Assembly (NCBI RefSeq): GCF_036365525.1
Contig: NC_090404.1
Span: 8,618,001 to 8,682,000 of the forward strand
Length of the DNA: 64,000 bases
Reading direction: 5' to 3'
DNA from: Heterodontus francisci
Taxonomy: Eukaryota
Below the pieces are notes generated by a model. It was not told the origin of the DNA, did not search any database, and was given only the letters and a program-made list of their open reading frames with translations. The position numbers and the translations under genes were made by a program. This document shows, piece by piece, positions 12,879-26,830 of the stretch (position 1 is its first letter; the number at the start of each line of letters is the position of its first letter).

Positions 12879-15455
12879 TAGAACATAGAACATAGAACAT
12901 TACAGCGCAGTACAGGCCCTTCAGCCCTCGATGTTGCGCCGACCTGTGAAACCATCTGACCTACACTATTCCATTTTCATCCATATGTCTATCCAATGAC
13001 CACTTAAATGCCCTTAAAGTTGGCGAGTCTACTACTGTTGCAGGCAGGGCGTTCCACGCCCCTACTACTCTCTGTGTAAAGAAACTACCTCTGACATCTG
13101 TCCTATATCTATCACCCCTCAACTTAAAGCTATGTCCCCTCGTGTTTGCCATCACCATCCGAGGAAAAAGGCTCTCACTATCCACCCTGTCCAACCCTCT
13201 GATTATCTTATATGTCTCTATTAAGTCACCTCCCCTCCTCCTTCTCTCCAACGAAAACAACCTCAAGTCCCTCAGCCTTTCCTCGTAAGACCTTCCCTCC
13301 ATACCAGGCAACATCCTAGTAAATCTCCTCTGCACCTTTTCCAAAGCTTCCACATCCTTCCTATAATGCGGTGAGCAGAACTGCACGCAATACTCCAGGT
13401 GCGGCCGCACCAGAGTTCTGTACAGCTGCAGCATGACCTCGTGGCTCCGAAACTCGATCCCCCTACTAATAAAAGCTAACACACCATATGCCTTCTTAAC
13501 GGCTCTATTAAACTAGGTGGCAACTTTCAGGGATTTATGTACCTGGACACCAAGATCTCTCTGCTCATCTACACTACCAAGAATCTTCCCATTAGCCCAG
13601 TATTCTGCAATCCTGTTACTCCTTCCGAAGTGAATCACCTCACACTTTTCCGCATTAAACTCCATTTGCCATCTCTCAGCCCAGCTCTGCAGCCTATCTA
13701 TGTCCCTCTGTAACCTACAACATCCTTCGGCACTATCCACAACTCCACCGACCTTCGCGTCATCCGCAAATTTACTAACCCACCCTTCTACACCCTCATC
13801 CAGGTTATTTATAAAAATGACAAACAGCAGTGGCCCCAAAACAGATCCTTGCGGTACGCCACTAGAAACTATTCTCCAGGATGAACATTTACCATCAACC
13901 AACACCCTCTGTCTTCTTTCAGCTAGCCAATTTCTGATCCAAAGCACTAATGCACCTTCAATCCCATACTTCTGTATTTTCTGCAATAGCCTATCGTGGG
14001 GAATTTTAGCAAACGCCTTACTGAAATCCATATACACCACATCCACTGCTTTACCCTCATCCACCTGTTTGGTCACCTTGTCAAAAAACGCAATAAGGTT
14101 TGTTAGGCACGACCTACCCTTCACAAAACCGTGCTGACTATCTCTAATGAACTTATTCTTTTCAAGATGATTATAAATCCTATCTCTTATAACCTTTTCC
14201 AACATTTTACCCACAACCGAAGTAAGGCTCACAGGTCTATAATTACCAGGGCTGTCTCGACTCCCCTTCTTGAACAAGGGGACAACATTTGCTATCCTCC
14301 AGTCTTCCAGCACTATTCCTGTCGACAATGACGACATAAAAATCAAGGACAAAGGCTCTGCAATCTCCTCCCTGGCTTCCCAGAGAATCCTAGGATAAAT
14401 CCCATCTGGCCCAGGGGACTTATCTATTTTCACACTTTCCAAAATTGCTAACACCTCCTCCTTGTGAACCTCAATCCCATCTAGCCTAGTAGGCTGTATC
14501 TCAGTAATCTCCTCGACAACATTTTCTTTCTCTACTGTAAATACTGACGAAAAATATTCATTTAACACTTCCCCTATCTCCTCCGATTCCACACACAACT
14601 TCCCACTACTATCCTTGATTGGCCCTAACCTATCTCTAGTCATTCTTTTATTCCTGATATACCTATAGAAAGCCTTCGGGTTTTCTTTGATCCTATCCGC
14701 CAATGACTTCTCGTGTCCTCTCCTTGCTCTTCTTATCTCTCCCTTTAGATCCTTCCTGGCTAGCTTGTAACTCTCAAGCGCCCTAACTGAGCCTTCACGT
14801 CTCATCCTAACATAAGCCTTCTTCTTCCTCTTGACAAGCGCTTCAACTTCTTCAGTAAACCACGGCTCCCTCGCTCGACAACTTCCTCCCTGCCTGACAG
14901 GTACATACTTATCAAGGACATGCAGTAGCTGCTCCTTGAATAAGCTCCACATTTCGATTGTGCCCATCCCCTGCAGTTTCCTTCCCCATCCTACGCATCC
15001 TAAATCTTGCCTAATCGCATCATAATTTCCTTTCCCCCAGCTATAATTCTTGCCCTGCGGTATATGCCTCTCCCTGCCCATCGCTAAGGTAACCCTAACC
15101 GAATTGTGATCACTATCACCAAAGTGCTCACCAACTTCTAAATCTAACACCTGGCCGGGTTCATTACCCAGTACCAAATCCAATGTGGCATCGCCCTGGT
15201 TGGCCTGTCTACATACTGTGTCAGAAAACCCTCCCGCACACACTGGACAAAAACAGACCCATCTAAAGTACTCGAACTATAGTATTTCCAGTCAATATTT
15301 GGAAAGTTAAAGTCCCCCATAACCACGACCGTGTTACTCTCGCTCCTGTCAAGAATCATCTTTGCTATCCTTTCCTCTACATCTCTGGAACTATTTGGAG
15401 GTCTATAGAAAACTCCCAACAGGGTGACCTCTCCTCTCCTGTTTCGAACGTCGGC
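12879..15455 (-). mobile_element. CR1-clade LINE (partial APE endonuclease plus RT)
   Basis: ORFs 15144-15419 (YRPP..GDFNFP), 13513-15243, 12961-13482; (TTCTATG)n tail; highly similar to the 5685-7853 copy. Confidence 0.92.
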
Positions 15456-15731
15456 AGGAGGAGCAAGTAGACAGGGAAAGGGTAGAGAAAAACAAAAATG
15501 GAGTCAAGGCTTCACACATTGAATATAAAGTTCATTTTTCATATAAATGTGCGTTGTAATCACAAAGTATTATAACTATATAAGTGGACATTGGCCGTTG
15601 CTGTTAAATGTTGTGTTTTATTGCAATTTGCAGAATGTTACTGCGACTCTCACAGAGGAGGCTGAATTCTTGCTTCTGTTTAGCGGCGTGAGGGTGCCCT
15701 GTGGTGAGCTCTAACTGGATCTCTCAGTGTG

Positions 15732-16323
15732 GGTTTTTGCCCGAAATCCGATTATCCTCTACACCGGTGTCAGGCTCATGGCACAGAAATACACGGCGTT
15801 GTTAGAGATCAAGGCGTTGTGGATCGTTAGCTGCGTAATCTTGGCAGTTTTACTCAAGGTAAAAGAGAATTGGTCAGTGAAGCCGGGGTTCCGGTTTGTT
15901 ATCCCTCCATAGAGATCAAACACGTGTTGTGGAGGCTGCCCGGGGTGCTGACTGTGCCAGAATAGAAGTGCTGGTTTTCAAGGTACAGGCTAGTGTGACA
16001 TTGCTTACCTCTTCAATCATCACTTCAGAAACCGGCTGTTTCATTGTGTCTTGGTGGCTCCATTCGAAAATACAAAATATAGTAACAATCACAATGAGCA
16101 TCAACAACATATGGATCAATATAACCATCAAAATCACCATCACTATCATTTTACCTGAAATAACAACTCTGCTACAGTGGACAAAGAGTTGGTGGTGGGG
16201 GGTGGGGGGGGGGGGTGGTGGGGGGGGGGGGAATTGGTGGGGAGGGAATGGGTTTTTACTGGGAAGGAAATACTTACTGAGATGTGCTGTAATAATGAGA
16301 AGTGGTGTGAGACGGTTCCACAT
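15732..16323 (-). pseudogene. TCR V pseudogene, paralogue of the 8543 V
   Basis: Leader MWNRLTPLLII..; acceptor AG lost; frameshift at CDR1/FR2; ends YFCAMS; degenerate heptamer, nonamer GCAAAAACC. Confidence 0.82.
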
Positions 16324-17479
16324 GATGGTCCCGGAGTCTGTAACTCTGCAACCAGCAAAGAAATGCTCTGCCGGAGCAGAAATACAGATCCCGGCCCCAC
16401 TTCACTGCCGATCTAACTAATACCAAACAAGGAACAGCGGCAGCAATCTCTCCACTAAAACAGAGCCGGAAATGCAGGTCAGAGAGGGAACAGCAAGCTG
16501 AAGCTGTGGGCCGGGTTGCTGCAAACTCAAGTTTGAGTTCACTCAACATTCTGTGCAAATGCTGAAATTGCGCGGTGATGCTCACATGAACTCGGTGTTG
16601 ATGGAGTGGAAAGAGAGATGGTTGGTGTCAGAATTCTGCTGCCTGGCTGCTCCTGCTCACTGTTCAAGTGACTGGAAACAAATAACTTGCGAGAGAAATG
16701 AAGGGACTCGAAGTATATGATCATACAGCACTGAATGATGCCATTCGGCCCATCTTACCTGTGCCGGCTCTTTGAAAAAGCCATCACTTTAATCTTACTC
16801 TCCACGTTCTTTCGACACAGCCCTGCATTTTCCCCGTTCAGGTACATACACAGTTCTGTTTTGAAAATTACTATTGAATCTGCTTCCTCCACTTTTTCAG
16901 GCTGTGCATTCCAAATATTGACAATCGCACTGTTAAAAAAACAAATCTCCTCTCCCTTGTCTTTTTTGTCAGTTCCCTTAAATCTGGGCCAATGGAATAT
17001 CAAACTTCCAGCTGTTGGGAACAATAATGCGCGATATACTCTATCAAAACCCCATAGAATTTTCAACTTCACAATTAAATTTTCCTTAATCTTTGATATA
17101 CCGGCAATAATTGCAGCTTTCAATTTTTTCTATTTTAAACCTCTCCAAAGTCCCACATTCTTCTACAATCCTAGTACATCCCTCTACACCCTCTTCCAAG
17201 TCTTGTCATCCTTTCTACATAGAATTGGACTCAATACACTAGCTGCTGCGTAATCAGTTTATCATAAGTTTTTGCCACAACTGTCTTCTGAAACAACATC
17301 AAAACTAATGACAGGGTCTATTTATCTCCAATTTATATTTCTGGAATACAACATCTGACTTTTGTGTTTTCATATGTAACAATCAGAAATGTTCATCTTA
17401 GGGCCAGCTGGGAAGATGGGAGGTTATACACACCCAAATTCAGACCGATCCTGTTTAACTTCCTGTTCTTTGTTCCTCT

Positions 17480-17620
17480 ATGGACTATGTGCCGATCCAG
17501 CAACTCAGTGTCTGGTGATATTAACCTTTGCAGAAGGGAGTCTGGTGCAGTTTGGTTGCAAATATACAGCTCCTGATATTGACTACATGCAATTGTAACT
17601 GCGGAAGGTCCCAAAGAGTT
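17480..17620 (+). pseudogene. TCR V 5' fragment, paralogue of the 4892 V
   Basis: GLCADPATQCLVILTFAEGSLVQFGCKYTAP.. matches ELCADPVTHSPVRITLSEGRLVQVDC; stop, then truncated. Confidence 0.55.
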
Positions 17621-18695
17621 TAATGTGGCCGATTTGTGCACAGAAACATAGACAATCAGGAAAAGGGGTTCGATTCCTGTTCATGTATTTTGGTTGATCT
17701 TGGTTGAAGGGAGGAATGTTGAGGAGGACACAGTGTGGGACAATGGGAGATTTAATGTCGACCTAAACAGACAAGGGTGGGGGAGAGATTATTGGCCCCT
17801 GTTGTCGCCTGAAAGATAGATCCTTTTCAGCACTGCACAGATTGGAAACCTGGTTAATATGCCCAGGATCTGAAGTTGAGGTGGAATCCACAGTCTCCTG
17901 ATTCTGAAATAGGAGTCAAATCACTTTATTCAAGCTGCTGTTGAATGGCTTAATGCATTCAGGTGACATTTTATATCGACAGTTTTATCACGACTTTGGT
18001 TAATACCGTTGCTGTTAAACATTCATAGGCTAATACCACAAATATCAACCTCAAGAGGACAATGATGAAACGCTTGATTCATACAATTGAAATTCATAGA
18101 GACAAAGAATATGGCTGCATGGAAGGAGGCCATTCAATCCGTCGTCTTGGCTCTTTCTAAGAGGTAGTTCAAATCTCCTGGTCTTTCTTCAAATCCCTGC
18201 CAATCTTCTCTTTATAGTATATATCAAATTATCTTTTGAAAGTTTTGATTGAATCTGTTTCTACCACCCTTTCAGGTAATTTATTCCAACTCATATAAAT
18301 TCACTGCATAAACAATCTCCTCCCACTCCCACTCCTTCACCAGTTATCTTCAATCAATCCTCTCGTTACCGACACTCCTGACAATGGAAACAGTATCTCA
18401 CTACAAACACTACCAAAACACTTCTTAATTGTGAACACGGCTATTAAATCTGCTTATAAACCCCCCTGCTCTAAGGAGAACAACAAAACCTTCTCTAATC
18501 TCAATCGCCATTCACTGACACCAATCCCGGAAAAGATATCACTCGACGCACACACTCAGCATTTGTAAACAGTTAAGGGAACAATCCAATTTAATTACCA
18601 GCGACTGTGGGGTAGACGGTGCGAGGCGGAACTGTGATGTTTAACGGGAGATTAACTCCGCGTTGTCATTTGTTTCTGTGATAATCTGCAGTGAG

Positions 18696-19212
18696 AGTTT
18701 TTGTCCGGCGGGAAGCCGAGGTCTATCACTGTGTGTTGTATCTGTACTCAGCTTCACAGTAATAGGTGGCGCTGTCTTCAACTTTCACATCCTGAATTTC
18801 CAGCGGAAATGTCTTTTCTGCCCGATTCATCGACACATGAAATGGGCCTCCGCTGGAGAGCCGCTCCCGCTCTGTCCCGGTCTGGGTTTTTCTGAAGAAA
18901 CGTCCATCTTGGAAAGGATAATCTCAGTTAGCACCATCGTAAACACAGGTGATGGTGAGAGACTGACACTCCTTCCTGGTCACCGCTGCCGGGGTCTGTG
19001 TCACTGACTGACTGAAAGAGCCTGGAAATTAAACAGAGAGAGTTGAATAGGCCATCAGAGCCGAACCACACAACGAGGCTAAAGCCCCAGACAGTGCCTG
19101 CAATTCGGATGGACTCAGGCAGCTTTATATTAAATCCACACAATGTCGGTGTGTTTGATCGGTACTCACGGTATAAACAGACACACAGGGTGAAAACAAG
19201 GAGGATTCCCAT
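18696..19212 (-). pseudogene. NAR-TCR V pseudogene (orphan)
   Basis: Leader MGILLVFTLCVCLY (19170-19212); V exon 18734-19021 QSVTQTPAAVTRKECQSLTITCVYDGAN*..YYCEAEYRYN with in-frame TGA at 18924-18926; RSS CACAGTG, 22 bp, ACAAAAACT; closely paralogous to 59791-60274. Confidence 0.85.
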
Positions 19213-19644
19213 CGTTCTGCTGCCTGGAGCTGATGGTTTATATGACGGGGAGCTGGAGACTGCAGCCCTGGACTGCACTGGGAGACTTGACCTCAGAGCT
19301 GGACTGAAATAGAGTTGATTTGCAGAGGGCAGTGTCCCGGAGATCATTGATGGGCCGCACGGGTCCCGGGTCTCTGACTCTGTGTTGTGTAAATAAACGA
19401 CAGGTTTAAAGAGGGAACCTGCAGTTTTCTGTCGCTTCATTGGGTCTGTGAGGCCGATGTGAAACCCCCTCCCACATTATTCTGATGTACAGGGCGGGGG
19501 TGGGGGGGGGGGACTGGGGAAGTTGTTCTGTCAGTAGAGGCTGCCGCCCTCCTTTCCCCCACAGTAATGAGCTGGGAGGTCGCTCCATGTGCTTTTATTG
19601 GGTGGTGTTTGTTGAGGGTGCAATATGGTCCCAGGACACACAGA

Positions 19645-20880
19645 TTAGAATCCTAGAATCATAGACACGTTATGGCACAGAAGGAGGCCAATCAGCCCAC
19701 CGTGTTTGAGACGGCAGATATAAATAGCCGTCCAATCTAATCCCACCTTCCAGCACCTGGCCTCTCGCCTTTCAGGTGACAGCATTTCAGGTGCATGGTC
19801 CGTTACCTTTTAAAAGAGTTGAGGGTTTCTGCCTCCACCACCGATCTGGGCAGTGAATTCGAGACACCCAGCACCCACCGGGTGAAAACGTTTTTCTTCA
19901 TGTCCCCTCTAATCCTTCTACCAATCACATTAAATCTGTGCCGCGTCATAATTGACCACTTTGCTAGGAAAAATAGGTCCTTCCTGTTTTCTTCATCTAG
20001 GCACCTTTTAGTTTTGTACACTTCAATTAAGTCACCGCTCAGCCTCCTCTGTTCCAAGGAAAACCCAGCTGGTCAAATCTTTCCACATAGCTGCAACTTT
20101 CAAGCCCTGGCAACATTCTTGTAAATCTCCTCTGTACTCTCTCCAGAGTAATTATGTCCTCCTATAATGCGGTGACCAGAACAGTACGCAATACTCCAGT
20201 TCTGGCCTAAAGAGCATTTTATACAGTCCAACATTACATTCCTGCTTTTATATTCTATACCTTGGCCAATAAAGGACGCATTCCATATGCCTTCTTCACC
20301 ACTCTATTTACCTGTCCTGCCAACTTCAGGGACCTGTGGACATGCACTCTCGTTTATTGTGTATTCCCTTGCTTTATTTTCCTTCCCAGATGCATTACCT
20401 CACACTTCTGCAGATTGAATTCCATTTGCCACTTTTCCGCCCACTCAACCAAACCATTGATATCATTCTGGAGTCGACAGCTATTCTAGACCATCAACTA
20501 CACAGCCAATTTTTGTGTCATCTGCAAAACTCCCAATCATGCCTTCCACATTTAAGTCCAAATCATTAAAATATATCACAAGCAGCAAGGGACCCAACAC
20601 TGAGCCCTGTAGAACGCCACTGGAAATCGCTTTCCATTCACAAAAACATCCGTCGACCACTACACTTTGTTTCTTGTCACCGAGCCAATTTTGAATCCAA
20701 CTTGCCACTTCCCCTGCATCCCATAGGCTTTCGATTTTCTGACCAGTCTGCCATGTGGGTCCTTGCCAAATGCCTCACTAAAATCTATGTGGACCACATC
20801 CACTGCACTACCCTCATCAATCCTTCTTGTTGCTTCCACAAAAAATTCAATCCTGTTAGGAAGACATGACTTTCCCTGAA
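19645..20880 (-). mobile_element. Older degraded CR1 LINE 3' portion
   Basis: Fragmented RT motifs (GVLQGSVLGP, FADD, RRLSGDLIEVYK). Confidence 0.8.
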
Positions 20881-21169
20881 CATAACCGTAAGTCTGCACT
20901 GTCATCAAGGAATATTATTTCTAATATATTAATATTGCTCAGACTACTGCACAGTCCAATTTTAAGAGATGACAGATCCTTGGACATAATCGAAAGGAGA
21001 ATAATGATTGAAATTATTTCAATCCCAACTTCAAAGAGGATTTCAAGGCCTCGGAGATGTCGCAGAGGGGAATTAATAGAACTGCACCAGGGATTTTGGG
21101 CTTCAGTTCTGCGGAGAAGTTAGAGAAGTTAAGTTCTGCTTAAAGCAGAGAGATTTAAAGAGTGGTTAA

Positions 21170-24100
21170 AAAAAACTAATAAAGAGAGAAAAGATTGATT
21201 ATGAGAGTAAATTGGCAAGAACTATAAAAACAAACAGTAAGAGCTTCTATGGGTATATTAAAAGGAAGAGAGTAGCTAAAGTGAGTGTGGAATCCTCAGA
21301 GGATGAGACTTGGGAATTAATAACAGGGAATAGGGAAATGACAGACAATTTAAACCAATATTTTGCATAAGTCTTCACGGTGGAGGACACTATAAACATC
21401 CCAACAATAATAGATGAACAAGGTGTAAGTGGGAGGGAGGAACTTGGAACAATCTCTATCATGAGGGAAAAGGTGATGGACAAACTGATGGAACTAAAAG
21501 CAGACAAGTCGCCTGGACCTGATGGCCTGCATCCAAGGGTTTTAAAAGAAGTGGCTGCTGAGATAGTAGAGGCATTGGTCATAATATACCAAAACTCACT
21601 GGATTCCAGTAGTGTACCCAGCGGATTGGAAAACCACTAATGTGACACCACTACTCAAGAAAGGAGAGAGACAGAAAGCAGGGTACTATAGTCTAGTTAG
21701 CTTAACATCTGTCATTGGGAAAATGCGAGAGTCCATTATTAAGGAAGAAATAGCAGGACATTTAGAAAAATATAATGCAATCAAACTGAGTCAACATGTT
21801 TTATGAAAGGGAAATCATGTTTGACAAATTTGTTAGAGTTCTTTGAGGATATAACAAACAGAGTGGATAAAGGTGAACCAGTAGATGGTGAGTATTTGGA
21901 TTTTCAGATTTTGATGAGGTACCACATAAAAGTTGATTACAAAAAATAGGAGCTCCGGGTTTTGGGGGTAATGTGTTGGCATGGATTGAGGATTGGCTAA
22001 CACACAGAAGGCAGAGAGTCGGGATCAATGGGCCTTTTCAGGTTGGAAAGCTGTAACTAGTGGGGTGCCACAAGGATCGGTCCTAGGGCATCAACTATTT
22101 ACTATCTATATTAATGACTTGGAGTAAGGGACAGAGTGTAGAGTATCCAAATTTGCTGATGATACAAATATAAGTGGGAAGGCAAGTTGTGATGAGGACA
22201 CAAAGAATCTACAAAGGGATATAGATAGGTTAAGTGAGTGGGCAAAAACTTGGCAGATGGAGTTCAATGTGGGAAAGTGTGGGGTCATCCACTTTGGTAG
22301 GAAGAATAAAAAGGCAGATTATTATTTAGATGGAGAAAGACTACAAAAAAAGTGCTGTACAGAGGGGTCTGCGTGTTCTTGTGCACGAAACACAAAGGTT
22401 AGCATGCAGGTGCAGAAGGTAATCAGGAAGGCAAATGGGATTTTGGCTTTTATTGCTAGGGGGTTAGAGGTTAAAAGTAGGGAAGTCTTATTACATATGT
22501 ACAGGGTGTTGTTGAAGCCACACCTGGAGGATTGCGCACAGTTTTGGTCCCCGTATTTAAAGAAGGATATACTAGCATTGGAGGCAGTTCAGAAAAGGTT
22601 CACTGGGCTGATTCCTGGGATGAAGTGGTTGTCTTATCAAGAACGGCTAAAAAGGTTAGACCTCTATTCATTGGAATTTAGAAGAGTGAGAGGTGATCTT
22701 ATTGAAACATGTAAGGAGCAAGAGGGTAACTAGAGAAAGGATTGGCCCACTCAAGGACAAAGGAGGAAAGTTATGCGTGGAGTCAGAGAAAATGGGTGAG
22801 ATTCTGAACGAGTACTTTGCATCGGTATTCACCGAGGAGAGGGACATGACAGATGTTGAGGTTAGGGACAGATGTTTGATTACTCTAGGTCAAGTCGGCA
22901 TAAGGAGGGAGGAAGTGTTGGGTATTCTAAAAGGCATTAAGGTGGACAAGTCCCCAGGTCCGGATGGGATCTATCCCAGGTTACTGTGGGAAGCGAGAGA
23001 GGAAATTGTTGGGGCCTTAACAGATATCTTTGCAACATCCTTAAACACGGGTGAGGTCCCGGAGGACTGGAGAATTGCTAATGTTGTCCCCTTGCTTAAG
23101 AAGGGTAGCAGGGAAAATCCAGGTAATTACAGACCGGTGAGCCTGACGTCAGTGGTAGGGAAGCTGCTGGAGAAGATACTGAGGGAGAGGATCGATTCCC
23201 ATCTGGAAGAAAATGGGCTTATCAGTGATAGGCAACATGGTTTTGTGCAGGGAAGGTCATGTCTTACCAACTTAATAGAATTCTTTGAGGAAGTGACAAA
23301 GTTGATTGATGAGGGAAGGGCTGTAGATGTCATATACATGGACTTCAGTAAGGCGTTTGATAAGGTTCCCCATGGTAGGCTGATGGAGAAAGTGAAGGTG
23401 CATGGGGTCCAAGGTGTAATAGCTAGATGGATAAAGAACTGGCTGGGCAACAGGAGACAGAGAGTAGCAGTGGAAGGGAGTTTCTCAAAATGGAGACGTG
23501 TGACCAGTGGTGTTCCACAGGGATCCGTGCTGGGACCACTGTTGTTTGTGATATACATAAATGATTTGGAGGAAAGTATAGGTGGTCTGATTAGCAAGTT
23601 TGCAGACGTCACTAAGATTGGTGGAGCAGCAGATAGTGAAGGGGACTGTCAGAGAATACAGCAGAATATAGATAGATTGGAGAGTTGGGCAGAGAAATGG
23701 CAGATGGAGTTCAATCAGGGCAAATGCGAGGTGATGCATTTTGGAAGATCCAATTCAAGAGTGAACTATGCAGTAAATGGAAAAGTCCTAGGGAAAATTG
23801 ATGTACAGAGAGAATTGGGTGTTCAGGTCCATTGTTCCCTGAAGGTGGCAACGCAGGTCAATAGAGTGGTCAAGAAGGCATACGGCATGCTTTCCTTCAT
23901 CGGACGGGGTATTGAGTACAAGAGTTGGCAGGTCATGTTACAGTTGTATAGGACTTTGGTTCAGCCACATTTGGAATACTGCGTGCAGTTCTGGTCGCCA
24001 CATTACCAAAAGGATGTGGATGCTTTGGAGAGGGTGCAGAGGAGGTTCACCAGGATGTTGCCTGGTATGGAGGGCGCTAGATATGAAGAGAGGTTGAGTA

Positions 24101-24925
24101 GATTAGGATTATTTTCATTAGAAAGACGGAGGTTGAGGGGGGACCTGATTGAGGTGTACAAAATCATGAGAGGTATAGACAGGGTGGATAGCAAGAAGCT
24201 TTTTCCCAGAGTGGGGGATTCAATTACAAGGGGACACGAGTTCAAAGTGAAAGGGGAAAAGTTTAGGGGGGATATGCGTGGAAAGTTCTTTACACAGAGG
24301 GTGGTGGGTGCATGGAGCGCATTACCAGCGGAGGTGGTAGACGCAGGCACGATAGCGTCTTTTAAGATGTATCTAGACAGATACATGAATGGGCAGGAAG
24401 TAAAGAGATACAGACCCTTAGAAAATAGGCGACAGGTTTAGATAGAGGATTTGGATCGGCGTAGGCTTGGGGTGCCGAAGGGCCTGTTCCTGTGCTGTAA
24501 TTTTCTTTGTTCTTTGTTCTCTTTATGTAAGATTCTAAGGGGGCTCGACAGGGTAGATTTTGAGAATATGTTTCCACTCGTGGGGGAATCTCGAACTAGT
24601 GGACATAGTTACACAATAAGGGGTCAAGCATTTAAAACTGCGATGCGAATGAATTTCTTCTCTCAATGGGGTGGTGAATTTCTGGAATTCTCTACCTCAA
24701 AGAGTTGTGGAAGCGAGGTCACTAATTGTATTTTAGGAGGAGGTAGATAAGGAGGTAAGGAGGAGGAGTTTTGAAGTCTCGGGGAGTCGAGGGTTATGCG
24801 GAGCAGGCCCGAAAGAGGAGTTGAGGCCTGATAGAGATCAGCCATGATCTTATTGAATGGTGGGACAGGCTCGAGGGGCAAATAGCCTACTCCTGCTCCT
24901 ACTTCGTGTGTTCTTGTGCTCTTGT
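21170..24925 (+). mobile_element. Degraded CR1 LINE interrupted by a younger CR1
   Basis: RT fragments 21380-22733; host sequence resumes at about 24525 (KILRGLDRVD). Confidence 0.8.
22712..24524 (+). mobile_element. Young CR1 LINE, 5' truncated, long open RT ORF
   Basis: ORF 22693-24441 (582 aa) is uninterrupted but has FADV instead of FADD; ATGTAAG flanks both ends as TSD. Confidence 0.9.
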
Positions 24926-25914
24926 TAGTACACGTCATGGTTTATGAAGAGTTTTAATAGTGTTGATTGTGAGATGCTATTTCCACTGTTAGAAATGTGG
25001 GCAACCAGATGACACAGAATTAAGATAATTGGTAAAGGAAGAAGGAAAGAGATGAGGAGTTTTTTATGCAGCGAGTTATTGTGAGTTGGAATGAAGTACC
25101 CAAAAGGGCGGTGGAAACAGATTTCAAAATTGAATTGGATTATTACTTGAAAAGGAAAAATTTTCAGAGCTTTGGAGAAAGACCCGGAGTGTGGAACTGA
25201 TTCTTTCAAGGAGCCACCACGATGGGCATTCTGTGTTGACAGATTCCAAGATTCAATGAATTGCAATTGTATCAATCAACAGTTTTAAAATTGTACTCCT
25301 GAAGTTGATATCTGTGATGTTAGTGTATGAAAGCTTAACAGCAACGGTATTAACCATTGTGATAATACTGTAGATATAAAATGTCACCTTAGTTGATTAA
25401 ACATTTTAATAGCAATTTGACCAAAGCAACTAGATTCTGACTTCAGATCAGTAGAATCTGGGTTTAAGCTCCGCTTCAGAACCTGAGCATATTAACGAGG
25501 CATCAATTGATGCAGTGCTGAAAAGACACTATCTTTCCAGGGTCAATCTGACCCAATAATGTCTCCCCATCTATCTACACGGATCGAGCGGGGGAGTAGG
25601 ACTGACTGAATAGCTCTGTGGAGAGCCAGCATGGATTTAATGGGCTGAATGGCCTCCTTCTGTGCTGTAAATGACTCTTTTATTCTATGACTCTCTGTCT
25701 GTTGAGGAGAAGATTGAAACTCCCATGGTTCCACACTGTGTCCTGGTCAACATTTTTTCTTTAACCGAGATCAACACAAATACATTCACAGGAATTGAGC
25801 CACTTTGCTCTATTTTTGATATTTCTGCGCACAAATCAGCCACGTTCATCTGAAACTATTTGCACTTTAAATACTTTGGGATATCCCACAGAAGGATGGT
25901 ACATCAATGCAAGT

Positions 25915-26170
25915 AGTATTACTGTACTTCGTCTCACCTTTATCTGTTTCCCTCTATTGGTGTCTCTTTGTATCACTATATTCCGTCTCACCTTTAACTA
26001 TCTACCTCTGTTGGTGTTTCTTTGTGTCGCTGCGCTGAGTCTCATTTTTATCTATCTCTCTCTGTGTTTGTCTCCATGTTATCACTATACTCAGTCTCAT
26101 CTTTATCTATCTCCCTCTGTTGGTGTCTCTCTGTATTACACATTTTATTCAGTTTCACCTTCATCTCTGT
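25915..26170. repeat. Degenerate tandem repeat, about 57 bp unit
   Basis: Recurrent TCACTATA..GTCTCACCTTTA..CCTCTGTTGGTGT. Confidence 0.6.
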
Positions 26171-26219
26171 TCCTCAGTTAACAGTTCTCATAAAGTGTAC
26201 AGACAGACACAGAATCAAT

Positions 26220-26830
26220 GGAGCAAGGACTCACTCAGTTCCACAGCTCCATTGATCAAATCTTTAACCATTGAGAGCAGACAGGCACTGAGCTGATGCA
26301 CTGTGGGTGAGTGGGGGTGGGACTCACTCATCCTTCTGCACAGGAATGTTGCTCAGGTATTCAATCAGAGATAGGATAGGCCCACTGAGGAAATTCTCAC
26401 TCACTTCCGCATGCAAAAGTATCAGATCAATAATCATTGAGACCAGGCAGGCACTGAGTTGATCCACTGCCCCGAGCCTCACTCATCTGCACAGGAACAC
26501 TGATCAAATCCTTAAAGATTGAGAGCAGACATGCACTGAGCTGATGCACAGAGACGGCAGCATTCAACCACCTGCACAGATACATTGCTCGTATCATTAA
26601 CCAGCAAGTATAGAGAGACAGTGAGCAGATCTACTGTGGGGGACCTCAGTCATCTGCACAGTTACATTGTTAAGATTTTTAACCATTGAATACAGATAGC
26701 ATCTATGTTGATGCAGAGGGGGCTTTAATCACCTGCATAGTTACGTTGCTTTGACGTTAAACATGGAGTGCTTCCAAGGATAAGACCTTTCTACCGTTGG
26801 GGCCTCACTCACCTCTACTAGTCTTTTGCT
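26220..26830. repeat. Degenerate tandem repeat, about 85-90 bp unit
   Basis: Recurrent ATTGAGAGCAGAC..GCACTGAGCTGATGCAC..CTCACTCATCTGCACAG. Confidence 0.6.

Noticed and set aside
22693-24441. Active retrotransposon
   Set aside because: 5' truncated, no endonuclease domain, catalytic FADD changed to FADV.
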